Shown piece by piece: positions 38,200 to 52,300 of a stretch of 64,000 nt of DNA. The notes below the pieces were generated by a model, which searched no databases, had not been told where the DNA came from, and worked only from the letters and a program-made list of their open reading frames with translations. The DNA comes from Octopus bimaculoides. Taxonomy: Eukaryota. Each line of letters starts with the position of its first letter. The stretch's first letter is position 1. A program made the translations under genes and the position numbers. The stretch is taken from the NCBI RefSeq assembly GCF_001194135.2, contig NC_068982.1, positions 109,094,912 through 109,158,911 of the forward strand, given 5' to 3'.

Positions 38200-38412
38200 T
38201 CCTTTCTATTCTCGGCACATGGCCTGAAGTTATTTGGAGCAGGAAGACTGTTGATTACATTGATTCCAATACTCAAATGCTACTTATTTTATTGACCCTG
38301 GAAGGATGAAAGACAAAGTTGACCTCGGTGACATTTGAACTCAGGACATAACAATGGACAAAATGCTGCTAAGCAGTTTTTCCGGTGCAGTAATGATTCC
38401 ACCAGCTTTTCA
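38200..38412 (-). mobile_element. Second SINE family, with a central domain resembling the Deu/Nin domain; further copies at about 48405-48560, 53310-53410, 55680-55800 and 59010-59130
   Basis: Shared core, read on minus: gttcaaat...gaggtcaactttgtctttcatccttccagggtcaataaaataagta. The domain name is from memory and not verified. Confidence 0.7.
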
Positions 38413-38448
38413 CTTAATCATGATAATATTAAGAAAAAGTGAGCTATT

Positions 38449-38773
38449 GAACCAAATTGACCAGATATGATTGTAGAAAGACACTATAAAAACAAAAAAG
38501 TATAAGACTTTGCAGTCCTATATAGTAGTAGTATGGAGATCAAGGAAACTGATAAAAATTGAGAAATACCAGGACCTACCCAGAGAGAGGAAAAAAATTG
38601 TGGAACAAGAAGATGAAAATTGTTCCTGTGGTAATTAATGCATTGAATGTAACATCCAAATTGCTATATAAAAGGCTGAAGGATATTACATTTGAAGTAA
38701 ATATTGTCAACCTGCAGAAAAATGCCATCCTGTGTAATGTGCAAGAATCCTGAGAAAAATTCTTAACATTTGA
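38449..38773 (+). mobile_element. 3' fragment of a restriction-like-endonuclease LINE (R4/Dong/NeSL type)
   Basis: Frameshifted PDMIV...DFAV...IEKYQDL.RE..KLWN.KMKIVPVVI.AL...LQKNAIL, the typical REL-domain C-terminus. Confidence 0.75.
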
Positions 38774-39111
38774 GGAAATTTATCATCAAACTTCAAGATA
38801 GAATCCCTGCAAATTTAATTAGCATGTAATAATTTTCGAATATACAACTTACTAACACACATTACATATACTACTCACATAGTCACCATACAGTTCACTC
38901 TATATACCCCACCCCCTCCTCATCTACATAATTTGAAATTGAAAATATATACATGTGTTTTATTTAAATCTCTTGGCACCAAGATGCTCTGTTAACATCT
39001 CTGCAGTTTCGGTTGGTTTTCTTGTGTTATTTATATATGTGTTCATTATATACTTTTGATTTATTTCAGTTTTGGTTAAAAATAAATGACTTGTAATTTG
39101 TTTTTTTATAG

Positions 39112-39170
39112 AACTTGAACGTCGAATTAAAGTCAACAATGCTGAATATAACCTCCAGTTTGGATATGCC
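39112..39170 (+). CDS. ATP8B: ATP8B-type P4-ATPase exon 2 (ELERRIKVNNAEYNLQFGYA)
   Basis: Acceptor tttttttatag and donor GCC|gtaagt; 59 nt; in frame with both neighbours; typical ATP8B N-terminal ERR..AN..EYN..F.YA pattern. Confidence 0.93.
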
Positions 39171-42110
39171 GTAAGTAGTCATCATATAAATGAACTTTTG
39201 AAGTTTGAAACACTCATAGGTTGAACCTTACCATAGGCATTATTTTCTTTGATGCCTTCATAATGCTTTCAGTCTAACACAAAAGGCACATACACTCAGC
39301 CAACTAAAAGCACAAATATTTTCTTTAAGTAATCTTTAATATTTTAGGAGGAAAAAAACTAACATTCATTTTGCTCAATTTCACTGTAATTATCACATTA
39401 GCTTAAAGACACAAAGTGCTCAAGTTGCTACAATGTAATGCAATCAGATTGTGTTAGGTGTAGTACACACCTAGCCCAACATGGACAGATTATCCCATAA
39501 ACATTACATAATATTTTCCAACTGTCACGTCACATTTCACACAACCAGACATTGCATTATGGGAAGTAGAACATGGTCTCAGACAGAAGAATGGATATCT
39601 GCTTTATTGAATATAGGAAACAAAATCTCCAGGTTTCAGCTGTGTCATTGCATTATATCTAGGTTTGCTTGAGTAGATAGCACTCAACAGCAATAGCAAC
39701 CAAATTTTTATTCGTCTACTGGTTTGGTTTCTTATGAAATTAAACAGTTAGTACCTCTTTACTATGTTAATGTACCTTGGAAATTTACTAGCAGCACTTT
39801 ATAGATATAGTAATCTCTAGTTACTATAGAAGTATTATGTTTATCCAGAGACAATATTGGTCATAAATGTTTTCTGGTATACAAGTGGTGCATGCACTCA
39901 TACTGCTAGAAGTAGACAAATTTTCCCATTATCTTAATTAAAAAAAAACTAGCAGGATCTGTGGAAATTCCATGGAATGAAAAGAATTAAGGGGAGCTAT
40001 TTAAGAAAGAAAGGATGATTTGCATTTTTATTGCCTAAAAATAAACAATAACAATCTATACAATACTTAATACACATATTTGTTAATATTTAATCTTATT
40101 GAAACTGTGAGATCTATATATAATTGCATATTCCTTATTATGCAGTATTTTATCACAATTACTTTGCTTTACTTTATATACACTTCTCACTCACTCCACT
40201 TCCCCCTCTCTCTAACAATGTGTGAATGAATGAACAAGCAGAATTATAATATAGGTGATACATGAGACAAAATGTTTCTTGAAATACCAAAAGCATGGAT
40301 GGTCACAATTGGAACACTTTTGATCATCAGTCTGCTTAATTAGAGCTTACTTGTAGCTGAACCACCACCACCACCACCACCACCACCACCTCCTCCTCCT
40401 CCTCCTCCTCACAACAGCAGCAACAACAACAACAACATGAAATTTGCATTGTTTCATATATTTTTGCTTAAGTTTAAGATCAATACTTGTTCAATGCTAA
40501 TTTTTATTTTTGATACATCCCATTTTACTTGTATTGATACACCTGCTCATGTATATGATCACATACATATACATGTGTACAAATGTTTCACAGCTATCAC
40601 ATTGATATATTTTCATGTTTATTTTTGTCTCCTTTATGCTGTGTACTATGTAAGTTAAAAATATACTCATTTTTATCTGCATATATGCCCTCCCTTGGTA
40701 TGTGTTATTTCATTACTTACTTTCTTTCTTACCATCACCAATTTTTATTGCTACCATCTCTCTCTCTCTCTCCTCTCTCTCTCTCCTCTCTCTCCTCTCT
40801 CNNNNNNNNNNNNNNNNNNNNNNNNNNNNNNNNNNNNNNNNNNNNNNNNNNNNNNNNNNNNNNNNNNNNNNNNNNNNNNNNNNNNNNNNNNNNNNNNNNN
40901 NNNNNNNNNNNNNNNNNNNNNNNNNNNNNNNNNNNNNNNNNNNNNNNNNNNNNNNNNNNNNNNNNNNNNNNNNNNNNNNNNNNNNNNNNNNNNNNNNNNN
41001 NNNNNNNNNNNNNNNNNNNNNNNNNNNNNNNNNNNNNNNNNNNNNNNNNNNNNNNNNNNNNNNNNNNNNNNNNNNNNNNNNNNNNNNNNNNNNNNNNNNN
41101 NNNNNNNNNNNNNNNNNNNNNNNNNNNNNNNNNNNNNNNNNNNNNNNNNNNNNNNNNNNACTTTCTTTCTTACCATCACCAATTTTTATTGCTACCATCT
41201 CTCTCTCTCTCTCCTCTCTCTCTCTCCTCTCTCTCTCTCTTTCTCTCCCTCTCTCACATTACTCCTTTATATCAATGTCCATCACTTTCTCTTTCACATT
41301 AGCCTCTCACTTCCATTACTCCTTTTTTCATTACTTCCTTTTCCTTATTAATCATGCTGTCTTCCATCATCACATAACTCTTGCTTTTTTCTCTTCCGTC
41401 TTCTTACCAACAGTCAACATGTAGCTATCACACTCTTGCTCCAATCACTCAAGTTTCCCATTCTTACTCTTTCCTGGCACCCTCTCACTATAGTTCTTTT
41501 ATTTTCATCATTCTCTCTTCTATCATCCTTCAGTCATGTTTTGAAGACAGTGTAAGGTAGAGATGACATGGCAACCTCTCTAGTGCTTGTGTCATAATAA
41601 AATGTATCCAGTTCACTCTGTAAACAAACAAAAACTACAAGGTACAGAGAACTCTTAGTCATATAGAGGCAAGACAACATTTCTAATGCTAAGGCTACAA
41701 TAAAATGCCTATAGTATCTTGATAATACTAAAACTTTAGGGATGTTTGTGTGTTACTGAAATATCTCAGAAAGAGTACAAATTTTTGTGACATTTGGACC
41801 TCTATTTAAATGATTAAACACAATTTTTGTTATTTCTTGATGCAAAAATACATGGCTTCTGTGAAGTCAACACACATACACACATACAAAATGCACACAC
41901 ATATAATGAATGTCATTGTGTGTCAATTAATACAAACGCATGTCCGCTATCTGTGACATATACACACACAGTCTTCGTTCTCTCTAAGAAAAAAAAAAAA
42001 ACGTTGACTTTTTGATGTACGCAATATTTTAATCATTTAGAAATATTTTTCACTGAATGTGATTTCATCATCTGGAGTTTGTTAATTTCCTTAAAAAAAC
42101 TTTTATTTAT

Positions 42111-42360
42111 TTACTTTTGTTTTAAAGTGAAAGAGAGGAGAAAGTGAAAGATGTATGTACGTATATATGAAATGGATGTGTGTATGTATGTGAGAGAGAG
42201 AGAGAAAAAGAGAGTGAGTGAAGGGGTGTGTTGTCATGCATATGTGCATACATTAATACATATGTGTACATCATTTTTGTATGTATGTGTGCATGTGTGT
42301 GAGAGAGAGTGTGAGTGAATGTGTGTGTTCTCATGTAAGTGGCACACTCTCTTTCTCTCT

Positions 42361-42391
<31 letters not shown>

Positions 42392-42488
42392 ATACACTCG
42401 CACACACACGCGCACACACACATTCATTTCATACATATGTTCATACATCTTTCACTTTCTCCTCTCTTTCACTTTAAAACAAAAGTAA
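42111..42488. repeat. Fold-back / MITE-like element with inverted arms of about 70 bp plus inverted microsatellites
   Basis: ttacttttgttttaaagtgaaagagaggagaaagtgaaagatgtatg at 42111 is the exact reverse complement of the segment ending 42488; further in, the arms show a few mismatches and (TG)/(GA) face (CA)/(TC) tracts. Confidence 0.88.
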
Positions 42489-44131
42489 CAGGTGATTTTC
42501 AGGATAAAAATTATTAAAAAACAGCTTCTACTCATGTAAATTGATTACTATTGTTTGGATAGTTCTAATTAGAAAATTCCAGAAGTTAGGTTAAATATAT
42601 ATACATGCATAAGTACCCTGAATTCCCATTCTACAAAAATGGCAAACAATTCTGTGAATGCTTTACTGGGCAATGCTGGGTAGTAAGTCTAGTTCTCTAT
42701 AAAATAGCTGGCTTTAGACAGGCCATCCAGCCATAAAAGCCATGCTAAAGAAGGAATGTACTAGCAAGGATGGTACCTGATCATTCTAAAACTGTAGTAA
42801 TTCTCAACATGTACTGACATGGATTATGATGACCTGTCCAATTCATACCAGCATAGAGAAGTACATGTAAAATAATGATGATATGCATGCAAATATACAT
42901 ACTGACACACAGATATACATATTGACAGTCATACATTCTGCTAAATACCAGCTGCATATCATTTCCAATTGATGAACCTGCCTTTCCTACACATACCATC
43001 CTCACTTGTTTCTCTGACACTAAGATTTGTACTCAATCTTCCCTATTCACACTGCAGAACTCCACAGACATTAGTCTAAAGAAGTTCAAACTATATTAAT
43101 ATTATCTAGCGACTTGCAAATTTAATGGACACCCATTTTTTCTTTATAAATTGTAATATAGCAAAATATCTATATTCAAGAGGTAAATATAATATTGAAT
43201 AATACCAACATTTCTCCTGTTGTTGCTTTAACATTGATTTCAAAGTTTAATTAAAATCTCACCACTATCTATGGTTATATGATGACTGTAGAAGTGTCCT
43301 ATAATAAGGTACTGGAAGTATTGGTGACTAACTCATGAGTCTTGATTTCAAATCCTGTCATTGATGTTATATTATGTGACCATTCAAAGTCTAATATTCT
43401 CATATCTGTTAATGGAAAATAGTTGTTACTCAGATTGACTCTTTCTTTAGGGAAGGGCATCCCGTTATAAAGTCTATCTTCTGGCAGTTCATCAAAAAAC
43501 TTATCTGAATTTATAAAAGCATATCAGCATGTAAAAACCTGTACAAAAATGTTAAAATAAAAATTCATGTTTAGAGTTGCTTTAAAATATTAAATAGATT
43601 TTAGGTACTATTGTTACCTAAAAGCTCCCTATAACTAAAACCAAGATAAGAAGTGTCTTAATGTTTTCAGAATGAATGAGTGCTGGTATCAAATTTGAGG
43701 CTCAAATTTATAAGAAACTATACTTAGTACGAGATGATTCTAATTTGTTATTCTATTTTATTACTGAAGTATTAAATTGAATTATTGGGAACTAAAGCAG
43801 ACTGAATTGCTGATATCTTAAATTTCTTGCAAAAGTTTCATGTAGATTTACATTGCTGCATCTTCTATCAAAGTATCACTCTTATGAGTAGTAGAAAACT
43901 AAACTCATATTCAATCAGTTAAAAATCCATTTAACCACTTAGACCCTCAGGCTTGCTTCATTAGAATGATAGGTGCTATACTATAATGACTTCACAATCA
44001 CACCATAATTGATTCTTTTCTAATGCCCTTGCTTGTTTTTATGTTTTGTAAATTTGGTTCCAGCTATTTTCTGTTGAAAATTCTCCCAGTGTTGACACCT
44101 AGAGAACCAATGTCATTTATTTTTATTTCAG

Positions 44132-44245
44132 ACTAACTACATCAGTACATCCAAGTACAATGTTTTAACATTTCTTCCCAAGAACTTATTTGAGCAGTTC
44201 CGGCGACTTGCCAATTCTTATTTTCTAATTCTCCTTATCCTACAG
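44132..44245 (+). CDS. ATP8B: ATP8B-type P4-ATPase exon 3 ([38 protein letters not shown]; N-terminal domain + TM1)
   Basis: Acceptor ttttatttcag and donor CAG|gtatgt; 114 nt; hallmark P4-ATPase motif N.I.TSKYN..TFLP.NLFEQF.R.AN.YF. Confidence 0.98.
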
Positions 44246-44902
44246 GTATGTAAACAAATACTGTACTTCACCTTTGTGCAAGGAGCTGAAAGTGATTTAC
44301 TTACTCTGTTGTATGTATTTGCGTGTGTCTTTGAATTAACAATATTGATCACGGTTGGCAAGAAGGATTGCTGATTTATCATTATTGAATGTATATATAT
44401 GTGGTATATGCTATTTAAAAAAAGTGTTATGATTTGGCATGTCTTCTTGGTAATAATAATAAGGATAAGTATAAAAAAAAGAAAAAGAAAAAAGAAAAAA
44501 ATAGAGTTGGAATGTAAGTAGTTGCTAGGGATTGACTAATGCAGAAATTCCATTCTGAAATATACCAGGCAAGTTATGGTGAAATTGATTTGACTTATTA
44601 AGGACAATGACATACAAAAATGCTACAATTTTATAATAGTAAACCTTTTAGTGTTTTTATGTTAATTATATAAACTTACTACTACAGCTGAAGACCCTGT
44701 TGTTTCAAGTTTTTTGGATATACTACCTACTAACAAAATTACAATGAGCTATGTTAAATATCAAATTTGTCTTAGAGAATTGTTATTAAAACTGACCTCA
44801 TCATTAGAATGTGTCCAACCCATGCCAGCATGGAAGATGGATGTTAAATGATAATGATGATGATTTACAATATTTACATTTATGCTATGTTTCGATCAGG
44901 TA

Positions 44903-45378
44903 TGCAGGTTTGGTTGTGTGGTTAAAAAGCTTGTGTGATCTTGGATTCAATCTCATTGGGTAGTACTTTGGTCAAGTGTTTTCTACTATAATCCCAGGCC
45001 CACCAAAGCCTTGTGAATGAATTTAGTGGACAGAAACTGAAAAGAAGCCCATTGTGTGTGTGTATATATAGATAGATAGGTATACTGTGTGTGTGCATGT
45101 GTGTGTGTATGCATGTGTTTGTACCTTTGTGCTAGATACCACATGATAGTTGTAAATGTACACTGTTATCATATAAGCAAGGTTATTTGATTCTAGTTTT
45201 CTGTGAGAAACATATCCGCCTATGGGTAAATATTACTTTGCTTGGAGACAGTTGAGCATTGGCAGCAAGAAAAGCATCTTGCCATAGAAATATCTGCTTC
45301 AACAAATTCCATCTGATCCAAGCAAGTAAGGAAAAGTGACTGTTAAATAATTATTATTATGATGATGATGATGATGAT
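44903..45378 (+). mobile_element. tRNA-derived SINE, same family
   Basis: ttgtgtggttaaaaagc...tactttggtcaagtgttttctactata...gaaactgaaaagaagccc...(gat)n tail. Confidence 0.8.
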
Positions 45379-48300
45379 GTACATGGTCCCATACTAGATC
45401 CAAACTAGGAACATTCATTTCTAAACTAAGCAAAGTAATTTCATTATTTACTAAGCCAGTGCTGTGCATGTTCTGGGGGTTTTGTAGATAACAATATTAG
45501 TACTGATGGTTTTGGATTATCTACACATCCAGGGTGACTATCAAAGACTGAGTTGATTTTAATGTAGTATAGATATAGATATTGTAAATATACACTTCAA
45601 AGAGGAAGTGAATAGTCTGTACCATTTATATAGTAATGTATAAATTACTACTGAACTGAAGTATTTTCTGAAGCTAATAAGAGAAAAGCTATTCTTTGAG
45701 ACACAGTTATGTTACAAATAATGGGTTTCACAATCTTCTTAAGAAAGATCTTCAGTTATTGTGAAACGAGATTTGTAGAAAGTTTGAATTGCCTGTCACT
45801 TGCTACAGCTTTGTGGGATTTGAATTACATGTTGCCCCAGATGAGAGAGTGTGATGCACAAGACTGTGTCTGTGCATTCTGTGCAGTGATTATATCTTTG
45901 TGCAAGATTATCTTGTTCCCACTGGAGACTGGTTTTGGGTTCTCTATTTATGAGGGCAGTGCAAATTTGGAAAGTGGTATTTAGGGTGTATGTCTATGTG
46001 CAGAATATTAGGGAGGAACAAAAATGCTATGATTTGGATAGGAATGACTGTTATTTGAGGTGACTGCAGGTTAAGTTGTTAACATACAAGAGGGAGAGTC
46101 TGGGTAATATAAAACAAATCTTGGAGCACACCAGAGTTGATAATGTATGTCAGAAGACTTATAATTGTGTTCCGCAATCTGACAGGAAACTTTCCATGTA
46201 AGAGATTAAAGACAGATGAATCCTTTAGTTGGGCAGTCAAAACACTTTGAAAATTGTGATTTAGAATTGTATAGAAGAAATTGATTACATCCACATTTCA
46301 AGGAGCTGATTTTACTTTCTTCATTTTTATATTAGAGGAAAATAGAAGAATGCTAATCAGAAAATGCTATTAAAGAAACAAATCTTTGTTTTTTGATTGG
46401 CATTTTCTTCTAACTTTTTTTTTTATCTGGCATATCAAAGATATATTCAAATAAGTCAATGTTGGAGGATAGTGTTGTTGGTACTGGAATAGTTGTTGGA
46501 TAAATTTACTAGGTTCTAATGCTTTTAGCAATAATAAAACAAGTAGCAGAAGGAAACTATTATAAAAACTGTGCCTTTAGCATTGTAGGTTTCCCAAATC
46601 TCTCTCTCTCTCTGTAGAACCATATGTTTATAGTTAATACAACAATCTCTGTAATCATTCATAGACATTATCTTGGAGAGAAGAGTCTTTCTCCTAGATG
46701 TTACCACCAATTTTTAAGAGACCATAATTTTTCTATTGGAGGAAAAGGAAAATATTTTTGGTTAAGAAAGGTCATATTATCTTAGACAATTCAGCAAATC
46801 TCCTTAATTAATTTCATAAATTTCTTTAAATAGTTTGAAAATGATAAAGTCATCTGTGATGTAGACATTAATAATGGAGTATTTTGTCATAAAAGCTGAT
46901 TCCACAGGTGTCATCTCTGAATCCAATTGCCACATTCATACCATTAGTCACTGTTCTGGGAATCAGTGCCATTAAAAGTGCTATTGATGACATAGTAAGT
47001 GAAATTTGGGTATAATTCATTTCCTGTTACCTTTGGCTGATCCTAAAAGTGCTAAATTCATGTTACCTTTGGCTGGTCCCAAAAGTGCTAAATTATTATA
47101 ATTATTTTCATTATTTATTGTTTTTTTTTTTAGAAGCTAAAGAAATTTGAGTACTTGTAATTTTTGTTGCAATACTTTGAAAGGAAAAATTAGCCCCTAA
47201 AATGTCTTGAATGCAAAATGTCCTTTAAAAACCTTAGGTTTCTTGTCTATGTAAGAATCTGATATTAATAATTGACTACTTAATAAGTTGGATTTGGTGC
47301 CGAAAGTTTATGATTTCAAACCCTATAATTGACATTGTTATCTGCACATATGTGGCAATTAACAATTCCAACTGCCTGTGAGTAAAAATGGTTTCAGATT
47401 CACACAATTTAATGGTAACTTGCTGCAAAAGGTCTGTTCAAATAGTTCCCATACAATTTCACTTTTAACCCTTTAAACCTCTGTATGAAAAATTTATAAG
47501 TATTTACTTTTTTGCATTTGAACAAAGTAAAAACGAAATATACTTGTGGGCTTTTCATGCACATTCACATGTAAATGAAGTACAATAAAAAATTGTGGGA
47601 ATTGAAACTAGCTCACAAGCTCTGATCAATTGAGTTTGGAATTGTATTAGTGCTTATTCATAAAGTTTTGTTACCATCAAAAAATTACAGTACACAAATT
47701 TCTTTATGTTTGTATTATCTTTAGAATTATCTCGGAAGCATATTTGTAGCCAAGAAAGTTACTTTATAGATAGATGATGAATTTTAATTGAATGTTGATT
47801 TTTAGCATTGTTCAGTGTCACAAAATTTGGAGAAGGGGTAAACCAATTACTTCTACCCCAGTATTTGTATGATAATTTCTTTACTAATGTATGGAAGCTG
47901 ATATAAAAAGCAAAGATGACCATGAAAGTAGAACATAAATTATATTACTAAACATTACACAACACTTTGTTTGGTACTCTGCTGATTCTACCTTCTTATA
48001 ACTTTTATTGTATTTATGATAAAAAAATAAAACTTGTTTTCTATGTTCAGCTGAACAAATTTTGGCTTCAAGTGAATATTTTTTATGCCATATGTAGAAT
48101 TTCATATGTCTAAGACAGATGTTGTTGTGCAAGATTTGCTAGGGTTTCTATAAAGATCACAAATATATTTTGTTATTAAAATTCCTTTCTTGGCTTTGTC
48201 TGCACAAGCCTGTAAATTACTCACCAATAGCATTTGGTGATGGCTTTCTGCTGGGTAAGCAGTATTTATTGCTTTATCCAAGAGTGTAGCAGACTGAAGC

Positions 48301-48801
48301 ATTTACTTGAGATACATCATTTCAACCTGTGAGCTAGAAGATTTATATCGTTAATGTTTCATGTGCAACTTATTGCATATTGTAATAATAAATTTTTTGT
48401 GTAGGGATAAGTCGATTAAATTGACGCCAGCACTCATCTGGTACTTATTTTATTGACCCAGAACAGATGAAAGGCAAAGACAACTCCAGCAGAATTTGAA
48501 CTCAAGATGTAAAGATGGATGAAATGCTGCTAAGCATTTTTCCCAGTGTGCTAACAATTCTGCCAGCTTCCTGCCTTACTTGCACTATGAATATTGATGT
48601 ATGTCATATATAATACTCCAACAGCTGTATTTAATTTATCACTGTAACATTTGGCTAAGAATAGACTTCTATGATAATTCTAGATATGTCTCTGCGCAAG
48701 AAACATATCTTTAATTGGTTTATATATAAAACTTTGCTGGGATTGTTCTTTACAATTTTCTGCAACTGCAAAATGCACAAAAGACACACATGCACACATG
48801 C

Positions 48802-48840
<39 letters not shown>

Positions 48841-49524
48841 TTATTTTATTAAATGTGGGAAATATATTCATATATAAGGTTTTATGTATTTTATGAGGGA
48901 AATGTATTTTCTTTTGAAATGTTGTTCACTTGATGAATTATTTTTATTTATTCATTTATTTATTTTTTTTCATTTAATTAATGTAAAATATAAAAATAAA
49001 TGTAGCTTATTTGGTATGGTATTATGCTTATGATCTAATTTCAGAAAAAAAAAATCTCTTTAATCAGATATTATTAGCATGTATTTGAGACAGATAGGGC
49101 AAACAGGTTCACTGATGGGACCTAACCCATTTAAATCATCTATCTATTACTCATTGGGCAACTATGCTACTGATTGCGTTGCAGATAATGTGTAGTGAAA
49201 CTAATAAGGCAGTTGTTTGATAAGTGATATGCATGGCTTGACTCATCAATGTACCTACTCATCTTTTCTGTCTCAAATTATTTGTTATTATGTTTAATAT
49301 CATTGTACATTGAAAATATTAAAACAGTTACTTGAATATCTAAATGTCTGATAAAAAGAAATGAAGGATGAGATTGATAGTTTGAAAAATCTTAGAAATA
49401 TTTGTAGCTTTATAGATCCAATAAAAATATTGAGTCTTATTTCCTGCTATTTTTGTTGAGCTTATAGATCCATCTGTTTTTAATTGATGGTAATATTTTA
49501 TGATTAAAGAATATCACGACTCAT

Positions 49525-49571
<47 letters not shown>

Positions 49572-51624
49572 NNNNNNNNNNGAAATAATCATAGAAGGTA
49601 CAGTTTTTACCCCATAAAGACATAATTGGCAAAGGACTTCTTTTTTTTTTTTTCTGTGTGTGTAAGATTTTATCTTGTGGTCTGGAGCAATAATGATTTA
49701 GTAGTAAATATTAAATATTTTAGACTGCTGGTCATATCTTCCTTAAGCAGGGTGCCTAACATTTCTTGCTGCTGCTTAAAAAGTTTTTGTTTTTTCACCA
49801 CCATAGACACACACTTTGGTGAAGAGGTACTTAACATTAAGTAGTTAATTTCTTTATAACCACCAAGTAAACAAATATAAAATATAAAATCTTGTCCTCC
49901 AACAAAATCTATTATTACTTATTTTGGTGTGGTTGTTGGGGAGTGGCAATATGTAAATGAGTAAGACATCATTTTAGACACAAAACTATCAGATCATATC
50001 CTATCATTAGTGCTAAGCTGTGTTTTGGGCCAAGTAAATAAACAGTTCTGATGGCTGTAGAACCATTAACAATTTTGTACATTTACCTTGTGGTTCTTTC
50101 ATCCCCACCTTAACTTGTATAGTGCAATTTATACTTTGCTAACAAGGTTAGAATAATACCAAAAAATGTATGTTCTTCCCTGAATTTGTTGGGTAAATGA
50201 GAGGCACATTATTCATTGACTAACTTTTTTTCTTCACCATGTATTTATTTTTTGTTAGCTTTTAAAATGCTCTTTGCATTAATAAGTTACCAGTGGCTTG
50301 TCTAAAACAAAAATTAGCTAGATGACAGTTCAATGATAGATCAGCAAACCCATATTTTGTGTGTAGTTTGATATTTTGCTGTTGTAACACAGAACTATTT
50401 TATAAAATCCTTTTTGGTTTTTTTTAAGTATATCTGTTTCTGTTGCTAACATAATATCTGTCAGAATTTTAAGGGAAGAACCTGACAGTAATTTCTCAAA
50501 TAAACAATGAAGTTCAAATTTTTTAGAGGAAGAGAAAACGAAAGTTGTGAATATGATACATTATTTTCAAGTCTAATAAGAAGGAAATAAAATAATTACA
50601 ATTGTGATTCACTGATTCACCTTGCTGGGAGATATGCACATCCATAGAACAGAATGTTGCTACTTGTAATGATACTTTATGCAAACAAAAAGCTCTAATA
50701 CTTATACAAACACTTCAAAATCAACAGTGGTGAATATGTTGATTTCTCATAAACCAATCGACACTATCATTTATGGGTTTGGAAAGTTTGTACAACTGTT
50801 GGATACTTTTTTGTATAAATAAAATGTATAACACTACATTCAGATGCATTGAACTCTTTTTGTGTGTATTGTTTTAACCTAAGATTATCATTATATACTT
50901 GTAATTATAGAAAGTTGTTGTATGTATCTCTTTTTATGTGCCCATGTTGATAGGCACTGGTTGTCATGGATTTCCTTGCCAAAGTCAATTTTCTTGAGAA
51001 TGATATGACAATGGTTTCCCATTGCCTTCTGCCAGTTTATTTATAGTTTACTTTGTTAGTCTCTTGCTCTACCAAGCTTACCCTTGAGACATAGGGCTTA
51101 TTTAAATCATAGGCAGGAATGGGGCACTAGTTCATGTGACATATGGGCTTGTTTACACACTGCATGTTTGCAAAAAATATAAAAACTAAAAATCCATCAG
51201 TGAACAACATTATTGAATGGACAAAGCCTTTAACACATTTACTGTCAAATGCATGGAAACAAGAAATATTACATGTAGAAAATTGCACTTAAACATTTTC
51301 TAAGTGTCATATGTTATAGTGATATCTTTGAAAGCCTGTTCATAACAAACAAGATTTATTATCTTTTGAAATGAATTCTTAGAGAATCTACTAAGTTTTA
51401 TTAAATATATGACTTCATATCATTGACAATAAATTAATGATAAATTCTATCCATATCAAAGGTTTCATGCCTTTGGCAGTGCATTTGTTAAAATTAACTC
51501 TGTCCAATTTGTGACTGTTCTATCATTACTATGGTGCTAAAATACATTAAAAAAAATGGTTTATCTTTATTTATGCAATCTCTTTTCTCTTTTATTATGA
51601 TTTGTTTTGGTTTTTGCTTGCCAG

Positions 51625-51723
51625 TTCATCCCCCCGATCTCGTCTTTGACCCCTCTAACTACTCTGATACCAATGGTGGCGGTACTTGCCATTACTGCAT
51701 TAAAGGATTTGGTAGATGACGTT
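51625..51723 (+). CDS. ATP8B: ATP8B-type P4-ATPase exon 4 (FIPPISSLTPLTTLIPMVAVLAITALKDLVDDV; TM2)
   Basis: Acceptor tttttgcttgccag and donor GTT|gtaagt; 99 nt; TM2 motif TT..P...VL.ITA.KD..DD. Confidence 0.97.
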
Positions 51724-51849
51724 GTAAGTTTTGGTTCTTTCTACTATGGCCACAATGGGTCAGTATGTGAATTATTAATGTACTGCATTGTTTACACACA
51801 CATGCACACACACCATAATTTTTTTTATCATTGCTTTGATTCTGCTATA

Positions 51850-52300
51850 TATGTTCCTATTTTATTTTCTACTTTCCTTTTCCTTTCATTTTGCATTCTT
51901 TCTATCATAGTCTTCTACTTTCTTTCCCTATCTTTTATTATGTCTTTCTTCCTATCTTTTGCTTTCTCTTTCACTCTTGTATTCTCTCTGTTTACCTGTC
52001 TTTCCTCTTTTTTCCACTCTTTCTTGTTTCCAATCTGCCTTCTTCCTCTTCTTCTCCTTTCTCACTCTTCTCTCTCTTTGTATCTTTTTATTTCTTTCTC
52101 ACAGCTTCTCTCTTTTTTTCTTGTTTCTTTTTTCTTTTTGTTTTTGCATGCATCCTGTACTTTGTTCTCCTGAATCCCATGCATTTCCTCTTTTTTGGTA
52201 TTTTACATTCCTTATTTTCTATCATCTCTCCCTCTATTTCTTCCCTCTTTGTTTTTATCTCCCCACTCTCTTTATTTTACTGCACCTTCTTTCAATCTTC
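51850..52300 (+). repeat. Long pyrimidine-rich low-complexity tract after exon 4 (similar tract at 41200-41530; purine-rich tract at 53550-53780)
   Basis: Cryptic T/C simple sequence; explains the F/L/S-rich pseudo-ORFs. Confidence 0.8.

Noticed and set aside
40719-41242. Identical segment of about 80 bp on both sides of the 40802-41159 gap
   Set aside because: Typical unmerged contig overlap at a (CT)n tract; not a real duplication.
48225-48326. Minus-strand 102-nt segment with a good acceptor and GTGAGT donor
   Set aside because: Stops in all three frames and no partner exons; cannot be told from chance splice-like sites without RNA data.
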